A stretch of 64,000 bases of DNA from an uncultured Alphaproteobacteria bacterium (GCA_944390885.1 CALXRP010000002.1:44936-108935), one strand, 5' to 3'. Counted from the first letter of the stretch, positions 9,179 to 19,529 are shown. A program made the numbers and translations. Notes: generated from the letters alone by a model not told the origin.

Positions 9179-10612
9179 TTAATACCTCTGTCTTTCACGT
9201 TTTACAAAATTACTTTGTTCTTTCATCTGCCCGATCTTATTCTCATAATCTTTAGCATCTTTCTCATTCAGGCTAAAACTCATCCCTTTGCTCAAACCGC
9301 CGACACAACAGACATCTTTTTTAAAACGCAAACGCCTGATTGTTTCCTCATGCATAACAACTTCTTTAATTTTTCGAGGCTTCCACTCCTCCGAAGCATT
9401 GCGCTTTTCGGCCTCTTTTCTGCGGCAATAAGCCTTCCCGAGCGGCTCATCCATCCGGTGCAACAAATCATGGATTCGGGGAATCCGCCGCGGCGGAAAA
9501 TCATTTTCGGTTTCACAAGCGTCTCTGGTCCAAGAGGCAATTTTTTGTCGTGATTTTTTATCATCCACTCTGTCAAAAATCGTCACAAAATTATCAATTG
9601 CATTAGCTGCGGCATAATCATTGGCATCTTTAATGTTTTCTTTATGATGAACGCTGGCTTCGATCCAACCTCCGTCAACCGTTCTGATCAACGGCGGAAA
9701 CTGGCTTTTTTCACGCATAAATTTTGCCACATTTTCAAATTCTTCTTCATCCACCCCCATCTTGCCGAGCAACAGCTTCAAATCTTTTTCATGATTATTG
9801 ATCAGAATCTCGCAAAAAACATTTTTTGCCCCGTTAAAAACATGCGCTTTACGTTTAAACTGGTTGCCCCGGCTAAAATCATCAAACACAATCTGCTCAA
9901 TATCCGACACCGGCATCTTAACGGCCAATTCCGGCGGAACATTCATCTTTACAAAAGCTTTCTTCATGGCTTTGTCAAAATTTTTAAATGCAGGCTGTTG
10001 TTTCATCAACTGCCACGCCGCCGACTTCTCCAAATCATAGTCCTCTATCCGATAGCGCTTGGAAACATCACGCGTATTTAAATATTCGGCATAAACTTCA
10101 GAAATCCTGCTGCCGTTTTGCCGTTCGACAAAACCGTTAAAAGCCATACGCATGGTCCTCCGAGCCTCCGTCGGGGGCGGAACAATAGTTTTTTCCTCTC
10201 GCTCTATCATACCCGACATAGCCTTGTCTAAAGCTTTTCGAGCATCTTCCGGATTTTTAATGCGGAAGATTGTATACTTCAAATCCGCCGTCAGATTGTC
10301 ATGTAAGCAAAACCCGTCAAGTTCTTCTTTCAAAGCATTATAAAAATCTTTCTGTTCCCATCCAGGCTTATAATCCCCGTTTAACAAAGAAAAAATATCT
10401 TCCGGGGTTTTAATATCTTCAGGAACCTCTTCCATAGCCTGAACCACCGTAACCAGAATATCCAGTTCGTTATAAATTCGGGCTTCGTCACGCAAAAGTT
10501 TTTCATAAGAAGAAATTTCCGGCACGGCCTGCCGCTGACCCAAAGGCGCCTTACCGGTACGCGGAATAGTCTTACCGGGCAGAGGAGGCATATTTTGCTT
10601 AAGTAGTTTCAT
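9179..10612 (-). CDS. hypothetical protein with a C-terminal HNH-like motif
   Basis: 477 aa; SVHHKENI...NAIDNFV...IHDLLH; stop lies 2 bp before the SUKH start. Confidence 0.6.
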   Translation of the reverse strand: MKLLKQNMPPLPGKTIPRTGKAPLGQRQAVPEISSYEKLLRDEARIYNELDILVTVVQAMEEVPEDIKTPEDIFSLLNGDYKPGWEQKDFYNALKEELDGFCLHDNLTADLKYTIFRIKNPEDARKALDKAMSGMIEREEKTIVPPPTEARRTMRMAFNGFVERQNGSRISEVYAEYLNTRDVSKRYRIEDYDLEKSAAWQLMKQQPAFKNFDKAMKKAFVKMNVPPELAVKMPVSDIEQIVFDDFSRGNQFKRKAHVFNGAKNVFCEILINNHEKDLKLLLGKMGVDEEEFENVAKFMREKSQFPPLIRTVDGGWIEASVHHKENIKDANDYAAANAIDNFVTIFDRVDDKKSRQKIASWTRDACETENDFPPRRIPRIHDLLHRMDEPLGKAYCRRKEAEKRNASEEWKPRKIKEVVMHEETIRRLRFKKDVCCVGGLSKGMSFSLNEKDAKDYENKIGQMKEQSNFVKRERQRY

Positions 10613-10821
10613 TTCTTATTCCTCTCACGCCTTTTTGTCTATATTAACACAAAAAAGACGCCTATACAATAGAATAAAGCAAAATATTTAAGAAAAGATT
10701 GCCAAAAATAAAGAATGGAAACAGTATATTCGCCATTTTTTGAAGCAGCTTCGCTCGCCGTCAAGCACACCATATTACACCCGGCTTGGTGCCCGAACCA
10801 TACATCTCATAAAAAAGCCAT

Positions 10822-10846
10822 AAAAAAACCCGCTTTTCAGCGGGCT
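10822..10846 (-). terminator. terminator downstream of tRNA-Gln
   Basis: Hairpin CCCGCT/AGCGGG with an A-run (U-tract on the minus strand). Confidence 0.65.
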
Positions 10847-10853
10847 CTTGTAA

Positions 10854-10927
10854 TGGCTCCCCCTCATGGATTCGAACCACGATACCAACAACCAGAATGT
10901 CGTGTCCTACCGTTAGACGAAGGGGGA
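10854..10927 (-). tRNA. tRNA-Gln(CTG)
   Basis: TCCCCCT/AGGGGGA acceptor stem, anticodon loop TT-CTG-GT, GGTTCGAATCC T-arm, CCA end; 74 nt. Confidence 0.95.
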
Positions 10928-11100
10928 ATAATCATTTAACGCTATATCTTCTACGCCGCTTTCTTTTCAGAGTCAATATTTTTTCGCATTTATTAAAAAA
11001 ATTTTTCTCCCCCTCTTGCCAAACCGGCCAAAAAATGGCAAATTATAAAAAGAGGCAGACAGAATCTGTCTTCAATAATTATAGAAACAGGAATTTTATC

Positions 11101-11268
11101 ATGAATAACCGAACTTCCAAAGCTAGTTTAATTAGCGGCGAAGCTCATCCGGCTCACAGTGAGCCTCCGCTTTTTAAAATCATCGACTTTTCTTCTCCAA
11201 TTCACCCGAAGGCGTGGGTTAATAAATTACGCAATGATGAGGGCTGTACGGTTCTGAAAGGAGTGTAA
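11101..11268 (+). CDS. small hypothetical protein (55 aa)
   Basis: ATG at 11101 after AGGA; stop 2 bp before the GNAT start. Confidence 0.4.
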   Translation: MNNRTSKASLISGEAHPAHSEPPLFKIIDFSSPIHPKAWVNKLRNDEGCTVLKGV

Positions 11269-11270
11269 CG

Positions 11271-11765
11271 ATGCTCACTTTCAGAGATCACATTATCCCG
11301 GAAGACATCGAAGCCGTCCGCCGAATTTCGTCTTCTACCGGCGTTTTTGACAGCGCCGATACGGAAATCACCGTCGAACTGGCACGCGATGCCTTGGCAC
11401 AACAACAAAACGGCGACGATGAAATTGCCCATGATATCCGCTTTTTGTTCGCCGAACAAAACGGACAAACCTGTGCCTACGCTTGCTACGGACATATTGC
11501 CGATTCCGATTCGACTTACGAATTGTATTGGCTATCAACGCACAATGATTTCCGGGGGCAAGGTATCGGCAAAAAACTGATAACCAGACTGATTGAAAAA
11601 ATCCAGGAGCTCGGCGGCTCAAAACTCTACATAAAAACCGACGGCAAAGACCTATACAAACCGACCCGCTGTTTCTATGACTCCTGCGGTTTTACGGTTG
11701 AGGCACGCCTCAAGCAATACTATGATAAAAACGACGATTGCTATATCTATTCAATGTGTCTGTAA
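11271..11765 (+). CDS. GNAT family N-acetyltransferase
   Basis: ELYWLSTHNDFRGQGIGKKLI acetyl-CoA motif A; FYDSCGF. Confidence 0.92.
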   Translation: MLTFRDHIIPEDIEAVRRISSSTGVFDSADTEITVELARDALAQQQNGDDEIAHDIRFLFAEQNGQTCAYACYGHIADSDSTYELYWLSTHNDFRGQGIGKKLITRLIEKIQELGGSKLYIKTDGKDLYKPTRCFYDSCGFTVEARLKQYYDKNDDCYIYSMCL

Positions 11766-11766
11766 C

Positions 11767-11793
11767 AAAAAGCCGGGAATTTCCCGGCTTTTT
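11767..11793. terminator. bidirectional terminator
   Basis: AAAAAGCCGGGAA-T-TTCCCGGCTTTTT between convergent genes. Confidence 0.85.
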
Positions 11794-11795
11794 AT

Positions 11796-13568
11796 TTATT
11801 TCTTGTCCTCTGTCGGAACCACTTTAATATGCAGTTCATCAAGCTGTTGCTGCGTCACATAGTTCGGCGCCTGCATCATCAAATCTTGCGCCTTACCGTT
11901 CAGCGGGAACAATATCACATCGCGGATAATCGGCTCGTCCAAAAGCAGCATAACCGTGCGGTCAATTCCCGGGGCACATCCGGCGTGAGGCGGAGCACCA
12001 TACTTAAAGGCATTAATCATCCCGCCGAATTTATTGTCAACAACACTGTGATCATAACCGGCAATTTCAAAGGCTTTATACATAATCTCCGGTTTATGGT
12101 TTCGAACCGCACCGGAAGCCAGTTCCACCCCGTTGCATACCATATCATACTGATAAGCATAAATATCCAACGGATTTTTCGTCATCAAAGCTTCCATTCC
12201 GCCCTGCGGCATAGAAAAAGGATTATGCGAAAATTCAATAGCACCGGTCTCCTCATTTTCCTCATAAAACGGAAAATCAACCACCCAACAAATACGAAAG
12301 ACATTTTCTTCGTTAATGCCAAGCTCTTCACCGAGACGCAAACGAACCCGACCGGTAAACTTGGCAAATTTCATACCCTTACCGACCATAAAGATAACGG
12401 CATCACCGTCTTTAAGACCCAGCGCGGTCTTAATTTCCTCCAATTTTTCCGCACTCAACAATTTGGCAATTCCTTTGGCTCCGGCCGGTGCAAATGCAAT
12501 ATAGGCAATCCCGCCCATTCCTTCTTCTTTGGCATAAGCATCAAGCTTATCAAAGAAAGAACGCGGCTTTTCAGCCTGCCCCGGCAGCACAATCGCCCGC
12601 ACGCTGTCTCCCTCGGCAACACGACTGTCATAAACGCCGAAACCTGAATTTCCGAACAAAGCCGTTGCCTCCTGAATAATCAACGGATTACGCAAATCCG
12701 GCTTATCCGAACCATATTTCAACATAGCTTCACGGAACGGAATACGCATAAACGGAGCCTGATCAACCTTTTTGCCGTTGGCAAACTTATTAAACACGCC
12801 ACCCATAACGTATTCGATTGCCTTAAAAACATCTTCCTGCGTCACAAAAGACATCTCCATATCGAGCTGATAAAATTCCCCCGGAGAACGATCAGCCCGC
12901 GGGTCTTCATCACGAAAACACGGAGCAATCTGAAAATAACGATCAAAACCCGATACCATCAACAGCTGCTTAAACTGTTGTGGAGCCTGCGGCAAAGCAT
13001 AAAATTTGCCCGGATTAATACGAGAAGGCACCAAAAAGTCGCGTGCCCCTTCCGGAGAAGAAGCCGTCAAAATCGGGGTCTGATACTCCGTGAATCCCTG
13101 TTCCGTCATCAAACGGCGCATTTCCGCAATCACCTGTGAACGCAGAATGATATTTTTATGAATCCTGTCTTTGCGCAAATCCAAAAAACGATATTTCAAA
13201 CGCAGCTCTTCCGGCGCATCATCTTCAACAGCCACCTGAATAGGCAAAACATCAGCCTCGGAATAAACCTCCAGCTCGGAAACTTTAATCTCAACTTCGC
13301 CGGTCGGCATATTTTTATTAATATTTTCCCGGATAACAACCGTCCCGTCAATTCCGATAACCGATTCGGGACGCAAAGCCTGGATTTTTGCAAACAAATC
13401 TGAATCGCTGTCGAAAACACATTGGGTAATGCCGTAATGATCTCGCAAATCCACAAAACAAAGACTGCCCAAATTTCTCTTCCGATGAATCCATCCGGCA
13501 AGTTTAACCTGTTTTCCGGCATCTTCTCGACGAAGCTGGCCGCAGGTATGTGTACGATAGCTATTCAT
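11796..13568 (-). CDS. aspS: aspartate--tRNA ligase
   Basis: [34 protein letters not shown] and GAPPHAG motifs. Confidence 0.98.
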   Translation of the reverse strand: MNSYRTHTCGQLRREDAGKQVKLAGWIHRKRNLGSLCFVDLRDHYGITQCVFDSDSDLFAKIQALRPESVIGIDGTVVIRENINKNMPTGEVEIKVSELEVYSEADVLPIQVAVEDDAPEELRLKYRFLDLRKDRIHKNIILRSQVIAEMRRLMTEQGFTEYQTPILTASSPEGARDFLVPSRINPGKFYALPQAPQQFKQLLMVSGFDRYFQIAPCFRDEDPRADRSPGEFYQLDMEMSFVTQEDVFKAIEYVMGGVFNKFANGKKVDQAPFMRIPFREAMLKYGSDKPDLRNPLIIQEATALFGNSGFGVYDSRVAEGDSVRAIVLPGQAEKPRSFFDKLDAYAKEEGMGGIAYIAFAPAGAKGIAKLLSAEKLEEIKTALGLKDGDAVIFMVGKGMKFAKFTGRVRLRLGEELGINEENVFRICWVVDFPFYEENEETGAIEFSHNPFSMPQGGMEALMTKNPLDIYAYQYDMVCNGVELASGAVRNHKPEIMYKAFEIAGYDHSVVDNKFGGMINAFKYGAPPHAGCAPGIDRTVMLLLDEPIIRDVILFPLNGKAQDLMMQAPNYVTQQQLDELHIKVVPTEDKK

Positions 13569-13702
13569 GTAAACCTCTTTAATTTTTAGTTATAATTAGA
13601 TTTTTATTAGTAGAACCGATTTCACACAAAATCAAGCCCATTCTATACCGATACGCAGAAAATCGACATAAAAAAAGAGGGAACCGTCTGGCCCCTCTTT
13701 AA

Positions 13703-14239
13703 TTAACAAACGCAAATACGGTTATAAATGCATGGCAACTGCCCGGATATCCCAAGACAATGCAAAAGCACTGCATTTTCCCAGTCCCGAATATCTTCTC
13801 TGCCCAGCTCCGCAGCACCGCAAATCCGGCACCCTTCTCCCGGCACGTCAAACATAAAGGCAGGAACGTCAACACCTCTTGAAGCACTCGACTGATTTGC
13901 AAAAACCAGCCAATCTTCAGCTGTTTCAGCCGCTGTTTTGTCATCTGCAGCCCAAGAGTCAAACACTCTCAACGAAACCGGATACCCCAGGCTCTGACAA
14001 CCATTCAGCAAATGTCTCCTGAACAAACCATGCAAACGTAAAGCATCTTCCTTTTCCCACTCCGAAAGGCAAATAACCACCCCCGGAATTTTACCGGCAC
14101 AAACATTTTTGTTAACGGCCGCCGCCGGATAAACCAGAGCTTCCAAACCGGCCGCAATAATCTGTTCCGCTACCTGTTCAGTAGCTTCTTGCACTGTCCC
14201 GGCATTTTTCATCCTGACAAAAATTAAAATATCTTTCAT
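13703..14239 (-). CDS. hypothetical protein
   Basis: ORF 13703..14350 trimmed to the ATG (MKDILIFV) just after the upstream gene's stop; terminator-like hairpin at ~13673-13700. Confidence 0.55.
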   Translation of the reverse strand: MKDILIFVRMKNAGTVQEATEQVAEQIIAAGLEALVYPAAAVNKNVCAGKIPGVVICLSEWEKEDALRLHGLFRRHLLNGCQSLGYPVSLRVFDSWAADDKTAAETAEDWLVFANQSSASRGVDVPAFMFDVPGEGCRICGAAELGREDIRDWENAVLLHCLGISGQLPCIYNRICVC

Positions 14240-14250
14240 AACATAAAGAT

Positions 14251-14847
14251 TTAAAATTTTCCCATTGCATAAACCCGGGAAAGCACCGGCTGCCCTACGG
14301 CAAATTGTTTTTTGGCAGTTTGATGAACCTGATGGCAACAATCCAGCCAATACGCCAAATCATCATAATCTCTCCTGCTACCGACCGCACGCAAAGTCAG
14401 ATTTCTCCCTTCTTTGACAATAAACGCCCGCAAAATAACATTATGTTGTTTGTAAAAGTCATAAAGCAAATTGCAATATAACGCAACCGCTGTTTTATCA
14501 CTTTCGTTTTCCGGCGGCAAAGATACGCCGACGGCACATGACGCACGGCGCCAGCCAAAATCGGCTGTTGCCCAAAAATCACTCTCGGGAAAACGTTTTT
14601 TGATCTGCATTGACAAAGCCTTAATATGCCTGAAACTCTCTGCCGACAATTCGGCAATCATCCCATAAGTCGGCAACTCGGCACCATTCAGATAAGCCCC
14701 GCAATAAATGCCTTTCAAACATCCGCAGCACTCTTCTTCAATAATTTCGCGCAAAATATGCTTTTTACCGACAGGAAAACCACCTTGGCAGGAAAAAACG
14801 CCCAAAGAAGCACTTCGGTAACCTAAAAATAACTTTACCGTACTCAT
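14251..14847 (-). CDS. hypothetical protein
   Basis: 198-aa ORF with an AT-rich upstream region. Confidence 0.6.
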   Translation of the reverse strand: MSTVKLFLGYRSASLGVFSCQGGFPVGKKHILREIIEEECCGCLKGIYCGAYLNGAELPTYGMIAELSAESFRHIKALSMQIKKRFPESDFWATADFGWRRASCAVGVSLPPENESDKTAVALYCNLLYDFYKQHNVILRAFIVKEGRNLTLRAVGSRRDYDDLAYWLDCCHQVHQTAKKQFAVGQPVLSRVYAMGKF

Positions 14848-15002
14848 AATCGTTTATTTTTTAGTTAATAATTCTGTAAATAATCTCTAATTGAAAGCTA
14901 CAAATAACATAAAACAAAACAAAAAGCAAGCAACTCCGATTAAAAAAATATTAAACATATGCTGCTAAATTAAAACAAAAATAGAAAATTAAGGCTTAAA
15001 TT

Positions 15003-16157
15003 ATGATAAAATTAATTGAAGACACCGCCTCTTTGGAGGCTTTTTGTGCCCAATTGCAAAATCAAAAATTCATAACCATTGATCTGGAATTTATCCGCGA
15101 GAAAACCTATTATGCCGAACTTGCCCTGATCCAAGTCGGTTCTGAGGCCGAATGCGCCATTATTGACCCTCTGGCTCCGGATCTGAACATGCACAGTTTT
15201 TTTCTGTTGTTGGAGAACCCGAAAATAGAAAAGGTCTTTCACGCCGGACATCAGGATATAGAAATTCTGTATATGCTGACGCACAAAATCCCCTATCCTG
15301 TTTTTGATACTCAGATCGTTGCCCAAGTCTGCGGTTTTGGAGAAAATGTCAGTTATGAAAATCTGGTCAAATCAATTTGCGGCATAGAACTCGACAAATC
15401 ATACCGTGTCAGCAACTGGCTGCAACGCCCGCTTTCGGAGCGGCAGCTGGAATATGCCCTTGCCGACGTAACCCACCTGATAAAAATTTACCGGCACTTA
15501 AAATCCGAAGCCGAAAAAAATAACCGGATGGAATGGCTGAAAGAAGAAATGGAAAACGTCTATAATCCGGATACTTATATTATCAAACCGGAAGATGCCT
15601 GGATGCGTCTGCGCGCCCGTTCCCACCACCCGTTTTTTCTGACGGTTTTAAGAGAACTTTGCGCCTGGCGGGAAAGACGGGCCCAATCCCGCAACATCAC
15701 ACGGCAGGTCATTATCAAAGATGACTGCCTGGCCAACATTGCCTCTCTTTGCCCGCATAATCATGAAGAACTCGCTCAGATCCGCGGCATGAGAAAAGAC
15801 ATTGCCGACGGCAAACTGGCTGCTGAAATCATCGACATCATCTGCAAATGTGATAAAATCCCGCCCGAGGATTATGTCGTTCCGCCCAAAGAAAAGAAAA
15901 TCCCCGGCTATTCCACGGCATTATACGAGTTGTTAAAACTGCTGTTAAAACTCAAAGCGCAGGAACATCAGGTCGTTGCCCGGCTCATCGCCCATGATGA
16001 TGACTTAAAAGAGTTCGCCTCGGCCAAAAACGATGCCCGCAACCCCATTCTGAAAGGCTGGCGAAAAGAAGTTTTCGGAGAAGCCGCTTTAGCACTTCGC
16101 AGCGGAAAAATAAGCATCAGCTACAATCCGAAATCACACAAAATAGAAATCAAATAG
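15003..16157 (+). CDS. rnd: ribonuclease D
   Basis: IDLEFIREKTYY, KVFHAG, FDTQI, W.QRPLS..QLEYALADV; HRDC region; GWRKEVFG. Confidence 0.96.
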   Translation: MIKLIEDTASLEAFCAQLQNQKFITIDLEFIREKTYYAELALIQVGSEAECAIIDPLAPDLNMHSFFLLLENPKIEKVFHAGHQDIEILYMLTHKIPYPVFDTQIVAQVCGFGENVSYENLVKSICGIELDKSYRVSNWLQRPLSERQLEYALADVTHLIKIYRHLKSEAEKNNRMEWLKEEMENVYNPDTYIIKPEDAWMRLRARSHHPFFLTVLRELCAWRERRAQSRNITRQVIIKDDCLANIASLCPHNHEELAQIRGMRKDIADGKLAAEIIDIICKCDKIPPEDYVVPPKEKKIPGYSTALYELLKLLLKLKAQEHQVVARLIAHDDDLKEFASAKNDARNPILKGWRKEVFGEAALALRSGKISISYNPKSHKIEIK

Positions 16158-16162
16158 ATATT

Positions 16163-16196
16163 TATCAAAAAACCCCACTCCCGGGGTTTTTTGATA
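16163..16196. terminator. bidirectional terminator
   Basis: TATCAAAAAACCCC...GGGGTTTTTTGATA. Confidence 0.8.
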
Positions 16197-16258
16197 TCCG
16201 TTTCACAAAATTTCTGTTTTCTCAGACAAGAAGGCAGAAAACCAGCAAAATTTTTCAA

Positions 16259-17323
16259 TCATTTCAAATTGGTTTTGAAAAATTTCTCAATTTTATCAAA
16301 CGGAATTTTGTCTTTTTGATCATACAAATCCACATGATTCGCCCCCGGAATAATCATCAGCTCTTTATTGTCTCCCTTCAGTTTTTTATAGGCATCTTCG
16401 CTAAAATAACGGCTGTGCGCCTTTTCACCATGCAGCATAAGCACAGCGCTTCTGATTTCACCGCTGTAAGCCAAAATCGGCATATTCATAAAAGATAAGA
16501 CAGAAGTCATATTCCAGTTGCCGTTTGAATTGATGGAACGTTTATGAAAACCGCGCGGCGTCTTATAATAGCCGTAATAATCCTGCACAAATTGCGGCTC
16601 TTCGCCTGTCAGTTTTTCCGGCAGCCCCGGCGCTTTGGCAAAAGTACCGTTTTTAAAATCTTCCGTTCTCTGTTCATTAAGTTTCTGCCGCAGCTCATAA
16701 CGCTCTTTCTCACCCATCGCGTCAAAATAACCATTGGCATTTACCCGGCTCATATCATACATCGTCGATGTAACGGTTGCCTTAATGCGTGGATCATTTG
16801 CCGCCGCATTCAAAGCAAACCCGCCAAACCCGCAAATACCGATGATTCCGATTTTATCGGCGTCAATTTCCGGCTGAACACTCAAAAAATCAACTGCCGC
16901 GCTAAAATCCTCAGTATTAATATCCGGAGAGGCCACATTACGGGGCTCTCCGCCGCTCTCGCCGGTATAAGACGGATCAAAAGCCAATGCGGCAAAACCG
17001 CGCTCAGCCATTGTTTGTGCATACAAACCCGAGGCCTGCTCTTTTACCGCCCCGAACGGACCGCTGACGGCAATCGCCGGCAACTTGCCTGTCTTCCTGT
17101 CTTTTGGCAGATACAAATCTCCGGTTAGCTCAATACCGTATCTGTTCTTAAACTTAACCTTTTTCACGTCAACAGCTTCACTCCGGGCAAAAACCTTATC
17201 CCCCCCGTTGTTTTTCTCTCCATTCATAATTTCTGCTCCTCTTGCATTTGACATTAAAACAAATACCAGGGTCAAACCCCATAAAACTGAATTAAAAATT
17301 CTTTTGTTAAAAACAATATTCAT
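16259..17323 (-). CDS. alpha/beta hydrolase (YcjY-like) with probable signal peptide
   Basis: GPFGAVKEQ, FDPSYTGESGG, GICGFGG nucleophile elbow, HVDLYD. Confidence 0.88.
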   Translation of the reverse strand: MNIVFNKRIFNSVLWGLTLVFVLMSNARGAEIMNGEKNNGGDKVFARSEAVDVKKVKFKNRYGIELTGDLYLPKDRKTGKLPAIAVSGPFGAVKEQASGLYAQTMAERGFAALAFDPSYTGESGGEPRNVASPDINTEDFSAAVDFLSVQPEIDADKIGIIGICGFGGFALNAAANDPRIKATVTSTMYDMSRVNANGYFDAMGEKERYELRQKLNEQRTEDFKNGTFAKAPGLPEKLTGEEPQFVQDYYGYYKTPRGFHKRSINSNGNWNMTSVLSFMNMPILAYSGEIRSAVLMLHGEKAHSRYFSEDAYKKLKGDNKELMIIPGANHVDLYDQKDKIPFDKIEKFFKTNLK

Positions 17324-17412
17324 CTTTTGCTCCCGATTTATTGCAAAACTCTTTATACCTAATCATAAATTCTTCTTTACAAAATAGCAAATACTCATAT
17401 CCTATATCATAT

Positions 17413-17429
17413 TATGCCTTTAAAGCATA
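17413..17429. promoter_or_regulatory. LysR-type binding dyad
   Basis: TATGC-CTTTAAA-GCATA (contains T-N11-A) between the divergent hydrolase and LysR genes. Confidence 0.55.
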
Positions 17430-17451
17430 TCACTCAAAAAGGAGACAGAAT

Positions 17452-18360
17452 ATGGAACTCAGGGTATTGCGCTATTTTCTGGCCGTCGCTGACCAGGGCA
17501 GCATAACCAAAGCAGCCGATTTTTTGCATATCACCCAACCCACCCTTTCCAGACAGTTAAAAGATCTGGAAGAAGAACTCGGCCTGCCGCTTTTCGTCCG
17601 CAGCAGTCATAATGTCATCCTCACCCCCGAAGGAGCCATCCTGCGCCAGCGTGCCGAAGAAATACTGGATATGGTTCAAAAAACCAAAAACGAATTTAAC
17701 ACCACTCCCACAGACATCTCCGGAGACATTTACATCGGCGGCGGCGAAACCGGCAGCATGCGTCTGATTGCCGGAATAATAAAAGAACTGCAGCAAAAAT
17801 ATCCAAACATTTGTTACCATTTATATAGCGGCAATGCCGAAAATGTTACCGAGCGTTTAGACAAGGGGCTGCTTGATTTCGGCGTATTGATTCAGCCGAC
17901 GGATCTGTCAAAATACTGCAGCATATCCCTGCCGGAAAAAGACGTCTGGGGCGTTATTATGCCCAAAGACTGCAGCCTCGCAAAAAAAGCAAGCATTACC
18001 AAAGCAGACTTGACTAACCTTCCTTTGATATGCTCCCAACAGGCAATCCGGCAAACACCTGCCCGCAATGATTTCAAAAACTGGTTTGGCAAAGATTTTA
18101 ATAAACTAAACATCGTCGCCACCTACAATCTGGTCTTCAACGCCGCCTTACTGGCCGAGCAGAAAATCGGTTATGTCCTGAGCCTTGACCGGCTTATTGA
18201 TTCTATGGACAGTAACGTTTGTTTCCGCCCTTTCAGCCCGAGACTGGAATCCGGTTTGGATATTGTTTGGAAAAAGAACCGGATATTTTCTCCCGCCGCT
18301 CAAATATTCCTCGAGACACTCCGGCAAAAATTCGGCCCCGGATCATCACCGGAGCCGTAA
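17452..18360 (+). CDS. LysR family transcriptional regulator
   Basis: MELRVLRYF...SITKAA..LHITQPTLSRQLKDLEEELG HTH; AGGAG ribosome-binding site before the ATG at 17452. Confidence 0.95.
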   Translation: MELRVLRYFLAVADQGSITKAADFLHITQPTLSRQLKDLEEELGLPLFVRSSHNVILTPEGAILRQRAEEILDMVQKTKNEFNTTPTDISGDIYIGGGETGSMRLIAGIIKELQQKYPNICYHLYSGNAENVTERLDKGLLDFGVLIQPTDLSKYCSISLPEKDVWGVIMPKDCSLAKKASITKADLTNLPLICSQQAIRQTPARNDFKNWFGKDFNKLNIVATYNLVFNAALLAEQKIGYVLSLDRLIDSMDSNVCFRPFSPRLESGLDIVWKKNRIFSPAAQIFLETLRQKFGPGSSPEP

Positions 18361-18380
18361 AAATAGTTTGAAAATTATTT

Positions 18381-19280
18381 TTATTTATCGCGCTCGACAA
18401 TATATTGTGCCAAATCTTTCAGAACTTGAGCTTTATCGCCGAAAATCTCCAATGCAGATTTTGCATCTTCCACCAGTTTGGCGGCAATACCCCTCGCCTC
18501 ATCCAAACCGCACAAGCCAACAAAAGTAAGCTTGTCCTGCTCTGCGTCTTTATGCAGTTTCTTGCCGACCAGCTCCTGGTTTCCGACCACGTCAAGAATA
18601 TCATCAGCAATTTGAAAAGCCATACCGACATTCCGGGCATAAATCATCAAGGCATTATGTTCTTCGGTAGAAGCATGTCCCAAAACAGAACCTGCTTCAC
18701 AGGCAAACCGCAGCAAGCGGCCGGTTTTCATCGCCTCAATATTTTTAATCAAATCATATTGATCATTTTGCGGCTTCTCACGTTCGGCGTACAAATCCAG
18801 CATCTGACCGGCGACCATACCGTTAAAAGCACCGGCCGCCTGAGCCAAAAGCTGAATCAGCTGGCAGCGGATTCGGGCATCGTCAGATGTTTTCTTATGG
18901 CTGAGGATCTCAAAAGCATAAGTCAGCAGCCCGTCACCGGCCAAAATTGCCGTAGCCTCGTCAAATTGTTTATGACAGGTCGGCTTGCCGCGCCGCAAAT
19001 CATCATTGTCCATTGCCGGCAAATCATCATGAATCAGTGAATAAGAATGCAAACATTCCAAAGCCGCACCAACCCGCATATATTGCTCCGGCTTAACGTC
19101 AAAAAGCTTGGAAGTCTCTGCAACCAAAAACGGACGCAGTCTTTTGCCGCCGTTCGTCACCGAATAAGCCATCGCTTCCGCCACTCTCTTTTCCGGTCCT
19201 TCCGGCAAAGCAAAATAATCGGCAATATAAGTATTAAACTCTTCGGCAAATTTTTTAATTCTCTGCTGAATTCCCAACAT
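18381..19280 (-). CDS. ispA: farnesyl diphosphate synthase / geranyltranstransferase
   Basis: GGKRLRP, HDDLPAMDNDDLRRGKPT, GQMLD, KTG, FQIADDILD. Confidence 0.95.
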   Translation of the reverse strand: MLGIQQRIKKFAEEFNTYIADYFALPEGPEKRVAEAMAYSVTNGGKRLRPFLVAETSKLFDVKPEQYMRVGAALECLHSYSLIHDDLPAMDNDDLRRGKPTCHKQFDEATAILAGDGLLTYAFEILSHKKTSDDARIRCQLIQLLAQAAGAFNGMVAGQMLDLYAEREKPQNDQYDLIKNIEAMKTGRLLRFACEAGSVLGHASTEEHNALMIYARNVGMAFQIADDILDVVGNQELVGKKLHKDAEQDKLTFVGLCGLDEARGIAAKLVEDAKSALEIFGDKAQVLKDLAQYIVERDK

Positions 19281-19529
19281 TTATTCCTCCCCTGCCGGAT
19301 CCAGCGGAGCAGTTTTAAGTTCTCCGTCCGGCCCAAGCTCAATTTTTTCAATTTTAAGCTGAGCTGCCTTAAGTTTGTTTTCACACAGCTGTTTCAACGC
19401 AACGGCCTTTTCATAAGCGGCAATCGCATCATCAAGTTTAATCCGTCCGCTTTCCAACTCCCGGACAATATTCTCAAGCTGTGCCAATGCCTCTTCAAAA
19501 CTCAAATTTTGCAAATCTTCATCATTCAT
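19281..19529 (-). CDS. xseB: exodeoxyribonuclease VII small subunit
   Basis: LSFEEALAQLENIVRELESG; upstream of ispA. Confidence 0.95.
   Translation of the reverse strand: MNDEDLQNLSFEEALAQLENIVRELESGRIKLDDAIAAYEKAVALKQLCENKLKAAQLKIEKIELGPDGELKTAPLDPAGEE

Noticed and set aside
11829-12647. Long antisense ORFs (here, and at 27788..28759, 31183..31944, 33527..34534, 43960..44667)
   Set aside because: Shadow frames opposite better-supported genes
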